Source: Acidobacteriota bacterium (GTDB lineage Bacteria > Acidobacteriota > UBA4820 > DSQY01). From it: 64,000 nt of DNA. Shown here one piece after another: positions 1 through 9,200 of the stretch; the stretch's first letter is position 1, and each line of letters starts with the position of its first letter. The position numbers and the translations under genes are program-made. Under the pieces are notes generated by a model, which saw nothing but the letters and a program-made list of their open reading frames with translations, was not told the origin of the DNA and searched no databases. The stretch spans positions 7,092 to 71,091 of the forward strand of contig JAJYCJ010000004.1 in NCBI GenBank assembly GCA_021778515.1, given 5' to 3'.

Positions 1-974
1 GCGAGCGGCGTGACCAGGAGGCCCGCCTCGGTCTCCACGACCACCTGCCCGACGAGGCCCCGAACGAGGGTCCGCGCGCCCGTCGTGATCACCAGACAGC
101 CCCTGCACTCCTCCATCCGCCCGGGCCCCCACGCGGCGTTTCCCTCCGAATCCTTGGGGAGCAGCGCGTAGAGCGCCGGAAAGGTGCCCACGTCGCTCCA
201 GGGGAAATCGGCGGCCACGACGACGGCCAGCCGGGTCCGCTCCATGACGAGCCGGTCGAACGGGGTCGAGGGCAGGGCCCTGTACGGCTCCGGCTCGGCC
301 CCGTTCAGCCAGGCCTCGGCGGCCTCCCAGTACCCCGGACAGTGGGCGGCCATCTCCTCCCTCAAGGGCCCCAGCGGAAGCAGGAACATACCCGAATTCC
401 ACGACGCGCCGGGTTCGGCGAGGAGGACCTCGGCCCTCTCGCGGTCGGGCTTCTCCACGAAGCGGCTCACCCAGAAGCCTTCCCCCGCGGGAGCCCCCGG
501 CTGGATGTAGCCGTAGGAGGTCTCGGGGCCCGTGGGCCTGATGCCCAGGACGCCCAGCGCTCCGCGATCGCGGCACAGCCCGGCCAGCCGCCGGATCGTC
601 GCACCGAAGGCCGCGGTGTCCGGGACGTGGTGGTCCGAGGGGAGAACCAGCAGCAACCCTTCAGGCCCCGCCTTCGACCAGGCCCGCGCTGCGGCGAGGG
701 CCACGGCCGCCCCCGTGTTCCGGGCCGCGGGCTCCGAGAGAAAATTCACGCCCGGGGCCGCGCACAAGCCCTCCAGCGCCGCCGGACCCACCGCCGTGAG
801 AGATTCAGGCTCCAGCGTGAGGGCCCTCTCCACGCAGGCACCGTACAAGGCCCCCAGGGGGCCCATGGGGATGAAGGGCTTGGGGCGCGCGGGCGAGGAG
901 AGCGGCCAGAGTCGGGTCCCCGACCCTCCCGCCAGAATGGCCACGTGAAGGCGCGCCCCGCGATCCGCATTCAC
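1..974 (-). CDS. manC: Mannose-1-phosphate guanylyltransferase (GDP-mannose pyrophosphorylase), partial; C-terminus lies beyond the window start
   Basis: Minus-strand translation from the GTG at 972-974 gives VNADRGARLHVAILAGGSGTRLWPLSSPARPKPF..., the nucleotidyltransferase G-rich loop (LAGGxGTRLWPLS). The frame stays open to position 1, so the ORF is absent from the provided table because it runs off the edge. A TGA 21 nt upstream in frame makes the GTG the first possible start. Confidence 0.6.
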   Translation of the reverse strand, partial: MNADRGARLHVAILAGGSGTRLWPLSSPARPKPFIPMGPLGALYGACVERALTLEPESLTAVGPAALEGLCAAPGVNFLSEPAARNTGAAVALAAARAWSKAGPEGLLLVLPSDHHVPDTAAFGATIRRLAGLCRDRGALGVLGIRPTGPETSYGYIQPGAPAGEGFWVSRFVEKPDRERAEVLLAEPGASWNSGMFLLPLGPLREEMAAHCPGYWEAAEAWLNGAEPEPYRALPSTPFDRLVMERTRLAVVVAADFPWSDVGTFPALYALLPKDSEGNAAWGPGRMEECRGCLVITTGARTLVRGLVGQVVVETEAGLLVTPL

Positions 975-1029
975 TGCATTCCCCTCCGCATGATTCCGAG
1001 CTCCGGCTCCTTCATGGTACGCCTGGATG

Positions 1030-1533
1030 CTACTTCAGGACGAACCGGTCGGCTTCCACCGGGAGCGATCCCCCCAGGTACTCCAGGAGCAGGCGCACGC
1101 GGTCCTTGGAGGGCATGGCCTCGAGGACCGTCCCCTCCATGCCGGCGAAGACGCCCGCTTGAAACCGCACGCGCTGGCCCACTTGGAAGGCGGGGTCGGG
1201 ATCCGGGCGGAGGTAGCCGCGCCCGCCCTCGCGCTCCCGCCAGTGCTCGACGAGCTCCGGCTCCACGCAGGCGAGCTGTTCGCCGAAGGTGAGCGGTCTG
1301 AGTATCCCCGGAAAATAGCGAACCCTCGCGAGCTCCACCTGCGGCGACAGCAGGACGAAGAGGTAGCCGGGGAAGAGCGGCTGGGGCGAGGAGCCCGTGT
1401 ACCGGTTCTTCACCCTGGGGCAGTAGCCCTCGAACCCCTCCTCCCCGAGAAACACCAGGGCCATCTGCTCCTTGCGGGGTTTGGTGGCCAGAACGGCCCA
1501 GACCCGCCTGGCGCTCGACAGGTCCGCCAGCAT
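1030..1533 (-). CDS. NusG-paralog transcription antiterminator (UpxY/LoaP-like; NGN + KOW domains)
   Basis: 167 aa. WAVLATKPRKEQ matches the N-terminal NGN domain, and the C-terminus is KOW-like (GQRVRFQAGVFAGMEGTVLE). Its ATG is directly adjacent to the DegT stop. Specialised NusG paralogs are typically embedded in polysaccharide clusters. Confidence 0.6.
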   Translation of the reverse strand: MLADLSSARRVWAVLATKPRKEQMALVFLGEEGFEGYCPRVKNRYTGSSPQPLFPGYLFVLLSPQVELARVRYFPGILRPLTFGEQLACVEPELVEHWREREGGRGYLRPDPDPAFQVGQRVRFQAGVFAGMEGTVLEAMPSKDRVRLLLEYLGGSLPVEADRFVLK

Positions 1534-2697
1534 CTAGCCTCTTCCAGCGTAGAAGCTCCGGATCCCCTCGCACACCTCTTGCACCTCGGCCTCCCTCAGC
1601 TCGGCGAAGATGGGCAGGGCCAGGACCTCTGCGGCCGCGCGCTCGGTGTGGGGAAGCGCGCCCTGTGCGTAGCCGAGGAACCGGAAGCAGGGCTGGAGGT
1701 GGAGAGGTACGGGGTAGTAGATCATGGAGCCGATCTGCCGGTCGGCGAGGTGCGCCTTCAGCTCGTCCCGCCGCGCCGCGCGGATGACGAACTGATGGTA
1801 GATGTGGGTATAGCCGTCGGGAGCCTGGGGCGCCTGCACCGAGGGGATGCCCTTAAGGCCGCGCCGGTAGAGCTCCGCCACCTCGGCGCGCCGCCGGTTC
1901 CAGGCGTCCACGTGGGGCAGCTTGACCCGCAGGACCGCCGCCTGAACCTCGTCCAGCCGGGAGTTGTAGCCGATCTCCTCGTGGAGGTAGCGCTCCCTGC
2001 TCCCGTGCACGCGGAGCATGGCCAGGCGGTCGGCGAGGGCCGCATCGTCCGTGGTCAGCAGGCCGCCGTCCCCCGCCCCGCCCCAGTTCTTGGTGGGAAA
2101 GAAGGAGAAGGCGCCGAGGTGGCCCAGGGTGCCGACGCGCCGGCCCTTGTACAGGGCCCCGTAGGCCTGGCAGGCGTCCTCGAAGACCTTGAGGCCGTGA
2201 GAGTCCGCCACGGCGTTGAGGGCGTCCATGTCGGCCGGCAGGCCGTAGAGGTGAACCGGCAGCAGCACGCGGATGGGCACGCCCGTGGCGCGGTGCACGG
2301 GGAGCCCCTCGGGGCCCTTGCGGCACTCCTCCTCCAGGAAGCGCTTCACCGCGGAGGGGGAGAGGTTGAAGGTCTCCGGGTCGATCTCGGCGAAGAAGGG
2401 CCGCCCGCCCGCGTTGTGGATGGCGCCGGCCGTGGCGAAGAAGGTGAAGGAGGTGGTCAGCACGCCTTCGCCCTGTTTGAGTCCCAGGGCCCTGAGGCCG
2501 AGGAGGAGGGCGTCCGTGCCCGAGGCCACTCCCACCGCGTGGGCCGCCGCGAGATGGGCCGCGGCCTCCTCTTCCAGAGCCTTGCCGTGTTTTCCGAGGA
2601 TGAAGTGCTGGGTTTCGAAGACATCCTGAAGGGCCCGCTGCACCGCTTCGCGGATCTGGGCGTGCTGCCTCGTCAGGTCTAACACCGGTACGCTCAT
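1534..2697 (-). CDS. DegT/DnrJ/EryC1/StrS family PLP-dependent sugar aminotransferase
   Basis: Family-typical N-terminus VPVLDLTRQH...FILGK, and GSGTDAL plus a lysine-containing motif (FSFFPTKNWGG). The second ATG at 2697 has an AAGGAG RBS 9 nt upstream; the table ORF starts at 2724. Confidence 0.85.
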   Translation of the reverse strand: MSVPVLDLTRQHAQIREAVQRALQDVFETQHFILGKHGKALEEEAAAHLAAAHAVGVASGTDALLLGLRALGLKQGEGVLTTSFTFFATAGAIHNAGGRPFFAEIDPETFNLSPSAVKRFLEEECRKGPEGLPVHRATGVPIRVLLPVHLYGLPADMDALNAVADSHGLKVFEDACQAYGALYKGRRVGTLGHLGAFSFFPTKNWGGAGDGGLLTTDDAALADRLAMLRVHGSRERYLHEEIGYNSRLDEVQAAVLRVKLPHVDAWNRRRAEVAELYRRGLKGIPSVQAPQAPDGYTHIYHQFVIRAARRDELKAHLADRQIGSMIYYPVPLHLQPCFRFLGYAQGALPHTERAAAEVLALPIFAELREAEVQEVCEGIRSFYAGRG

Positions 2698-2822
2698 GGG
2701 CTTAGGCTCCTTCGACAAAGGCATGCTTATAGCACAGCGCCCCCCGCGAGTAAAGCATTTCAGGCCCCTTTGAGGGGCCGGCGGGGCCGTGGTATGGTTG
2801 GGGCAGAATCGGAGGCTCGATC

Positions 2823-3902
2823 ATGGATTCCACGGTCTTTCAGAAGCTTCTCATCAGCGCCATCCAGAGGGGCGCTTCGGACGTCCACCTGCAGACCGGC
2901 CACCCCCCGATGATGCGGGTCAACGGCGAGCTCCTGGAGGTCAAGTACCACCCCCTGGAGCCATCGGAGACGCGGGCCATCGCCGAGGAGATCATCGCCC
3001 ACACCTACCAGAAGCCCGACGTGGCCATGCTCTCGGAGCTGGACGTCTCCTACGGCATCGAGGGCCAGGGCCGCTTCCGCGCCAACATCTTCCGCCAGAG
3101 GGGCAGCCTGAGCATCGTCCTGCGGGTGATCCCCATTACCATCCAGAGCTTCGCCCAGCTCCACCTGCCGCCCGTCCTGGAGCAGATCGCCAACCTGCGG
3201 CGGGGGCTGGTGATCGTCTCCGGCGCCACGGGAAACGGCAAGTCCACCACCCTGGCCGCCATGGTGGAGTTCATCAACGAGACGCGAAGGGCCCACGTGG
3301 TGACCATCGAGGATCCCATCGAGTTCCTGTTCCGCCACAAGATGTCCATCGTGAGCCAGCGGGAGCTGGGCAGCGACACCCCCTCCTACGCCTCCGCCCT
3401 CCAGGCCGTCCTTCGCCAGGACCCGGACGTGATCCTCATCGGCGAGATGCGCGACCTGGAGACCGTGGAGACCGCCCTCAAGGCCGCCGAGACGGGGCAC
3501 CTGGTGCTGGCCTCGCTCCACACCACGGACTGCGTCAAGAGCATCTCCCGCCTCATCGGCATGTTTCCGCCGGACCAGGAGACCAGCATTCGCGGACGGC
3601 TGGCCGACGCCCTCATGGCCATCGTCTCCCTGCGGCTCATGCCCCAGAAGGGCGTGCTCGGGAGGATTCCGGCCGTGGAGGTGCTCCGCGTGACGCGGAC
3701 CATCCAGGAGTGCATCCGGGACCCCTCCAAGACCTCCGACATTCCCGAGTACATGGCCAAGGGCGCGGAGATGTACGGCATGCAGACCTTCGACCTGCAT
3801 CTGCTCCAGCTCGTCAAGGAGGGCAAGGTCGAGCTGGAGGCCGCCAAGCTGGCCTCCAGCAATCCCGCCGAGCTCGAGCGCGCCATCCTCATGGAGGGGT
3901 GA
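2823..3902 (+). CDS. pilT: Type IV pilus retraction ATPase PilT
   Basis: 359 aa. Walker A GATGNGKSTT, a PilT/GspE-family secretion ATPase fold (RFRANIFRQRG, VILIGEMRD), and a PilT-like C-terminus. GGAGG RBS upstream. Confidence 0.9.
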   Translation: MDSTVFQKLLISAIQRGASDVHLQTGHPPMMRVNGELLEVKYHPLEPSETRAIAEEIIAHTYQKPDVAMLSELDVSYGIEGQGRFRANIFRQRGSLSIVLRVIPITIQSFAQLHLPPVLEQIANLRRGLVIVSGATGNGKSTTLAAMVEFINETRRAHVVTIEDPIEFLFRHKMSIVSQRELGSDTPSYASALQAVLRQDPDVILIGEMRDLETVETALKAAETGHLVLASLHTTDCVKSISRLIGMFPPDQETSIRGRLADALMAIVSLRLMPQKGVLGRIPAVEVLRVTRTIQECIRDPSKTSDIPEYMAKGAEMYGMQTFDLHLLQLVKEGKVELEAAKLASSNPAELERAILMEG

Positions 3903-3922
3903 GGCGGGGGGCGTGCAACGCG

Positions 3923-3946
3923 AGGCGACAGTCGGTGCTCTGTCGC
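3923..3946 (+). terminator. Stem-loop downstream of pilT (ggcgacag...ctgtcgcc), no U-tract
   Basis: An 8-bp perfect inverted repeat 20 nt after the pilT stop. It is not followed by a T-run, so it is a hairpin or attenuator rather than a classic intrinsic terminator. Confidence 0.3.
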
Positions 3947-4045
3947 CGGCCGCCGGCAGCCTCCATCCCCCACCCCGCACAGCCCCGCGCATCCCACCAC
4001 CGCGAAGGACACCTGTCCAAAATAGGCCGTCTTGCCGACTCCAGA

Positions 4046-4420
4046 CCACGGCTAGGTCTGGGCCGCGCCAAGGGCGCGCCGCTGGGGGCCTGGTCCGGGC
4101 GCGTCCACGCGAGCGTGGCCGTGCTCCGTCCGCAGGCCCTCAGCCGCCCTTCGGGCGCCAGTCCCAGCCTCATCTAATGTGAACCGTCCCCCCACCCTCC
4201 ACAGGTGCGCCGGCGGCGACGGACCTCCTGCTTCGTCAGCTTTCGGCGTCCGCATCCTCAGCGTACATTCAGTACGCTTCCGGTGCGGCCGCCTCACCTT
4301 CCTCTCATGAGGCCCATCGGCGCCGGGACGCGCCTTCCTCCGCTTCGCTCCGGAAGGCAAACCCCCTCACATGCGAGCTGAAATGTTTTGGACAACCATG
4401 ACCGCGAAGGACCCCGAGGC
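4046..4420. repeat. Copy A of a ~350-bp structured repeat element (inverted relative to copy B at 43787-44156)
   Basis: The reverse complement of 4046-4360 aligns at ~85-90% identity with 43841-44156, e.g. tgccttccggagcgaagcggaggaaggcgcgtcccggcgccgatgg versus tgccttccgaagcaaagcggaggaaggcgcgttccggcgccgatgg. Weaker similarity continues to ~4420 / ~43787. An internal hairpin agcgtac-NNNNN-gtacgct keeps its stem while the loop differs (tgaat versus tccct). Table ORFs 4052..4360(-) and 43832..44062(+) are translations of this repeat. Confidence 0.7.
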
Positions 4421-4870
4421 TGCGGGCGGTTCTTGCCCTGCCCGCGGCTCCCGCCTCGCCCCCCTTGCAGGGCGGCCTTCTCCTGTGCTACACCATCCCC
4501 ATTCCCTGGCAGAGCGACACCTGAGCGCGCATTTCATCGGACCGGACGGTAAGGGCCAATGGGGACGAGCGGCCGCGCCGGCGAGAAGCCGCGCCGGCTG
4601 GGGCCCGTGCCGACCGGAGGGGGGGAGTGCAAGGTACAGAGGGGATGCTCCGGGGGGATTCCGGAAGACAACAGGAGCGTGAAGCGCCGAGGTTCGGCCC
4701 GGCTGGGTACGCGCCGAACTGCGTCCGCGGCCGTCCTTCCCTTGCATCCGGCGCCGGGTCCGGGCCTCCCCGCTTTCGGGCCGGCTTCCCGGGGGCCGAT
4801 CTCGTGACCTCCCGCCGCCCATCCGTGCCCCTCTTCGCGGGGAGGAAGGGGCCCCCGCCGCAACGCGGCG

Positions 4871-5079
4871 ACACGTGCGCAGAAATCGCCAAGTCGCCGC
4901 GTCCACTTCGTGAAAGGCGCTCAAAGATCGCCAGGTGTACGCCTCACCTTGGTGATAGGTGCGCGAGAATCGCCGAGTCACCGCTTCAACTTGGTGATAG
5001 TTGCACAGAAATCGCTAAGTTACCGCCTCCACTCGGCGAAACCTGAGCACGAATCGCCGGGTGTAGGCCTGCGCGCGGG
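4871..5079. repeat. Degenerate 42-bp tandem repeat, about 4.8 copies (consensus roughly GCrCAGAAATCGCCrAGTcACCGCyTCmACTTGGTGATAGgt)
   Basis: Units at 4877-4918, 4919-4960, 4961-5002, 5003-5044 and a partial unit 5045-5079. Pairwise identity is ~70-75% with a conserved AATCGCC core. The array lies ~190 nt upstream of the CDS at 5272. Confidence 0.75.
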
Positions 5080-5271
5080 AAAAGCAGCGCATGAAGGCGC
5101 GGATCAACGCTTCGGAAGGGGGAGAACCCGGCCCGAAGCGCGGGAATCGGTCGTGGTCGGTCCGTTATGGGGGCTCGGCGGACCGGATGAGGCACGAGAA
5201 GCGTTGGGAGGCCTTCCGGGGCCGGGGATGGTCCCCGGCGAGGGGGCCAGTTGTGCACAGAGGAGGGACAC

Positions 5272-5946
5272 ATGCGGTTGCCGAGTCAGAGCTTGAGCGC
5301 GGAGACCCTGTTGGAGACCTTCGGCGTCTATCACGCCACGCGGGTGGAGGCGGACCCGGACAAGAAGGAGATGGCGGACGCCTGGACCAAGGCGCAGGAG
5401 CGCCTGAACGAGCGGCTGAAGATGCACAAGGCCGCCCAGAAGGCCACCATGCGGGCCATGGCCGTGCGCGACGCGGAGGACGAGGCCTTCGACGACGCGG
5501 TCAAGGCCTTCGCGCTCGCCGTCCTGAGCAAGGTGAGCAACAGCCGGAAGGCGCCGCTCTTCCGCAAGTACTTCCCCGACGGCATGTCCGCCGTGGTCAC
5601 CGCCCCCCTGGAGGCGGAGCTGCAGAAGGCGGGCGTGATCCTCTCCAAGCTGTCCGAGGAGGAGGACGAGAGCCTCAAGGCCTTCAGCGGCACCCTCTCC
5701 ACCGCCATGGGCAACCTCGCCACCGCCATGGACGCCCACCGCGCCGCCCTCGACGCCGAGCTGCAGGCCTACGGCATGCTCACCACGGAGAAGGTGAACT
5801 GGCTCGATGCCTACAAGCGCAACTACCGCCAGCTCACCAGCCTCTACTTCAAGGACCCCAAAAAGGCCGACGGCTACTTCAAGCCCGCCCCCAAAGCCAA
5901 GAAAGGCAACGGGGACGAGACGCCCCCACCGGCCGCCGCGAACTGA
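5272..5946 (+). CDS. Hypothetical alpha-helical protein (no recognisable domain)
   Basis: The ORF is host-like in GC (~65%) and predicted all-helical with a Lys-rich tail. The ATG at 5272 (MRLPSQ) is preferred over the table start at 5251. It is followed by a hairpin plus short T-run near 5999-6042. Confidence 0.55.
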   Translation: MRLPSQSLSAETLLETFGVYHATRVEADPDKKEMADAWTKAQERLNERLKMHKAAQKATMRAMAVRDAEDEAFDDAVKAFALAVLSKVSNSRKAPLFRKYFPDGMSAVVTAPLEAELQKAGVILSKLSEEEDESLKAFSGTLSTAMGNLATAMDAHRAALDAELQAYGMLTTEKVNWLDAYKRNYRQLTSLYFKDPKKADGYFKPAPKAKKGNGDETPPPAAAN

Positions 5947-5998
5947 TGGAGACAGAGAAACAGAGAATCAGCGAAACAGGGAGGTAACACGCCCATCC

Positions 5999-6042
5999 AC
6001 CCCGCCCGCCCGGTCCGACCCCGGGCGGCGGGGGGCTTTTCG
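5999..6042 (+). terminator. Putative intrinsic terminator after the 5272-5946 CDS
   Basis: GC-rich imperfect hairpin cccgcccgcccgg-tccgacc-ccgggcggcgggg followed by gcttttcg. Confidence 0.3.
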
Positions 6043-6289
6043 AGGAAAAATGACCCAAATTCACGACAGGGAGGTAGGCGGTGAGAAAGGAAGAAGCGAA
6101 AGGGGCTAATAAGAATGAGCCATGTGGAACAGACGTCGTGCGGAGTTCGATATTTCCAAGTAGTGCAAAGACACGACAATTGACTCCATTCGCAGGCATA
6201 TTGGAAGGCGGGGGCATCCGAGCCCCCAAGGAGACCAAGGCCTCACATTGGAGCTAGACTGAAGACCTTAGAGCGAGGAGAGTTCTCCG

Positions 6290-9200
6290 GTGGACATTCA
6301 ATCCGCGACCTACCGTGGCTATCGAAGGCAAGCCCTATATGTTCTCTGGCGGTTGCTCACAGACGAAGATGGACATTCGCGTCTATATCGTCCAGAAGGA
6401 GAAGAGGATCTCGCAGTTCTCGATTTGAAAGAAACACTTCTGGAGGCCGTACAAGTCAAGGACTATAGTGCACCGCTGTCACTTTCGGATCTCAAGCCTC
6501 GGAGCCCGGATGGTTTCTTTGCTAGGATGAAGCAGCGACTTCACGATCATCCAGGGTGCCGACACATTCTAGCCAGCTTTGGGCGGATCGGCCCCGAACT
6601 GACTTACGCGATTGCGGCGCAAGGCTCTCTTCGGAATACCGTCGCCGCTCGACTCCATGATAGGAACCCCACAATCACATTGGCTGAAGGCGAGCGCCTG
6701 TTAGGTGAGCTAAATGATAATCTGCAATTCCTCGACGAGTCCACTATGTCAGCGGATATCAAAGCCGCGTTGGCCGACACGATGGCAGGCGGCCATTACG
6801 AAAGCACGATGAATCTGCTTATGTATTGGGTCTTTGAATCGGCCGAGCGGAAGAGCGTCCTGACAAGGGCGAGTCTTATCAAACAGATTACTCGTATAGC
6901 CGAGTATCTGGGCGTCCTTCGCGACCATAATAGGGAATGGATGACCGTGATCAGGCCACTGGAGAACAAGGCCCTCAGTCAAGATGAGTTCGACAGGCTG
7001 CGTGAAGAGTACCGCCGTGGTGCCCAGGCACGCTGGGAACACATACTTGCAGATTTGGACCACCCGCGCAAGGCGCGGTTGTCCGAGTTGCATAAAAAGA
7101 TCTCCCGTCGCTCTGTAGTAGTGGTAAGAGGTGCCTCTGGCCAGGGCAAATCATCCTTGGCGTTTCGATACATGCAAGACTATGTGCCGGACGGGCTGCG
7201 CTTCAACGTCTGCGTGGTCGAGGATAGACTTCATGCCTTAAGCATCGCCAATGCGTTGCGGGGCCACGTTGCGCGGCTTCAGCTAAGGGCAGTAGTTCTG
7301 ATAGACCTATCACCCATTGATGCGGGGTGGGTAGATTTAGCACGTGAACTCGTAAGGGGTGGAATGAAGGTGCTTGTCACGGTGAGGGAAGAAGACTTTC
7401 ATCGGGCCGCATCCATAGTGTCTGACCTGGAGTACGAGGAAGTGGTGCTGGATTCGCTTACGAAAGACGAAGCTGAGCCGATTTTCAAATCCCTTACAGC
7501 CGGAGAGCGCTTGCCCTCAACTCTCGACTTTGAGGACATTTGGTGCCGATTTACTTTGACGGAAACCGGCCCGCTTATGGAGTTTACACACCTAATAACC
7601 GAAGGGAGGACGCTCACCGAGAAGATTTCCGGGCAGATAGTACGTCTTCAAAAGGAATCCAACGACTTCAGATGTATCAACGGTATCACTGCCGCTCACT
7701 TAAGGCTGTTGGCACTTGCGGCCATAGGCAACGCCGCAGAATGCCGCATGAGCCTTAAGAGCATGTGCGGGCAGTGTGGATTGGATCCCCTTACCAATCC
7801 ACTGGCGCCTTTTGAGGGTGAGTTCCTTTTGCGGCAGGCGGAATACGGAGGCAAGACAGTGGTCGTCGGTCTGCACCCGCTTCGTTCTAAGGCGGTAGTT
7901 AGCGCTCTATTCGCGGGTTGCGAAGAAGATTGGGGGCGGTATGCAGCTAGCTGTCTGGAGCATGTACTCGACGAAGATATCGAAAGGTTCATGTTGCACT
8001 CCTTTCTGGGGCATCCAGCATGTAGCGTGTCATTGGAAGCAGCGGTCCACGAATTGAAGCTGCGTTCCTGGACGCAGGCGGGCGGCCTGGCTCGGGCCCT
8101 GGTCTGGGAAGGAGTAAATCGCTATGAAAGGGAGAATCATGAACAACTTGAGGCCGCCGTTGCTAAACACGACACGGCGTGGTGGTTCCTTTGCGATTCT
8201 CTCGTGGGCCTGGAAAGGGTCAACATAATAGAGCGAAGAAGAGAAATGGAGGAGATATCCCAGAGAGAACTGCCTTGGTTCGAGCTCACTGACAAGAAAA
8301 GAGTCTTTGATCCGCTACGCGGCTGGGCTCAGCAGATCACGCCACCATCGGGGCAACCTTCGTCAGCGTTGGATTGGATCATGCTGGGCGAACTTGCGTA
8401 CTGGATCGGTAGCAATAGCATTAGCGGTTTGCTCCACCGGGCCCTGCTGGATGTGCTTCCGACGGTTCTTCCGACAAACCTCACCATTGAGGAGTTGGGA
8501 CTGTTCATCTCTGGTCGTTATCACATGCGGGATTCCGCCTTTTTGGATTGGCATGCCCAGAAATGTGCGGAGCTCTCAGCTCGGTTCTTGCGTGAGACGA
8601 ATTCGACCTACCTAGTTGACCAGGCGGACGAAGTAAAGGTGTACTTCCCTGTGTTTTCTACGCATCATTCTACCAACAACGGGAGTGATGATAGCGACTT
8701 GCATGCCGCGGCCGTCAGGCGCATCGATTTGCTCCGGAAGCTATTTCCACAACGGGCGACGTATGGCTCGCAGGGACTTGGCATCGAGGCAGTGTCCGCA
8801 TTCTATCCCCATGACCCCACATACAAGGCGATTCCAGCCAAGAATTTGCCACCGGAAAGGGGCGTTCGACTCAATCGCATCTTCCTGAACCTCGTGGCAT
8901 TTAGGCTCCAGCGCGCCGACTCATGGAGGTCCTACGCTGAGGCGCACTTCCAACTGCGGAGCAGTATCTGTGCTTGCTTCAGGGCCCTCTACCGTGCATG
9001 GGAGTTGCTCCTTGATAGGGCAACGGACAGGAGCCGAGTTGCTCGCAAGTTGCCTATCGAAGAAGTGAACCAAGTCTCGCAGCAGTCAAAAATGCCTATG
9101 CTCCCATGCAACGCGGTCGATGAATGGGGCTTTGCATCGGAATTGCAGGGGACGGCCACGGATGAGATGGGTGGAGCCCCTGTTGATGGACGTGTCCCGC

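Noticed and set aside
342-1292. Plus-strand ORFs 184..510, 342..1292 and 532..948, and minus ORFs 746..970 and 971..1573
   Set aside because: They are antisense or out of frame relative to the well-supported manC fragment and the NusG paralog, and their translations are Arg/Pro/Gly-rich high-GC junk.
2760-4177. ORFs 2760..4049(-), 2789..4177(+), 3050..3379(-) and 3386..4012(-) overlapping pilT
   Set aside because: These are alternative frames or antisense of pilT, and the low-complexity translations are typical of spurious high-GC ORFs.
4052-4360. ORF 4052..4360(-) and its near-identical twin 43832..44062(+) (AKRRKARPGADGPH...)
   Set aside because: They are translations of the two copies of the structured repeat element. 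The apparent protein similarity simply reflects ~90% nucleotide identity, the composition is non-protein-like, and the stem-preserving loop variation argues for RNA or DNA function.
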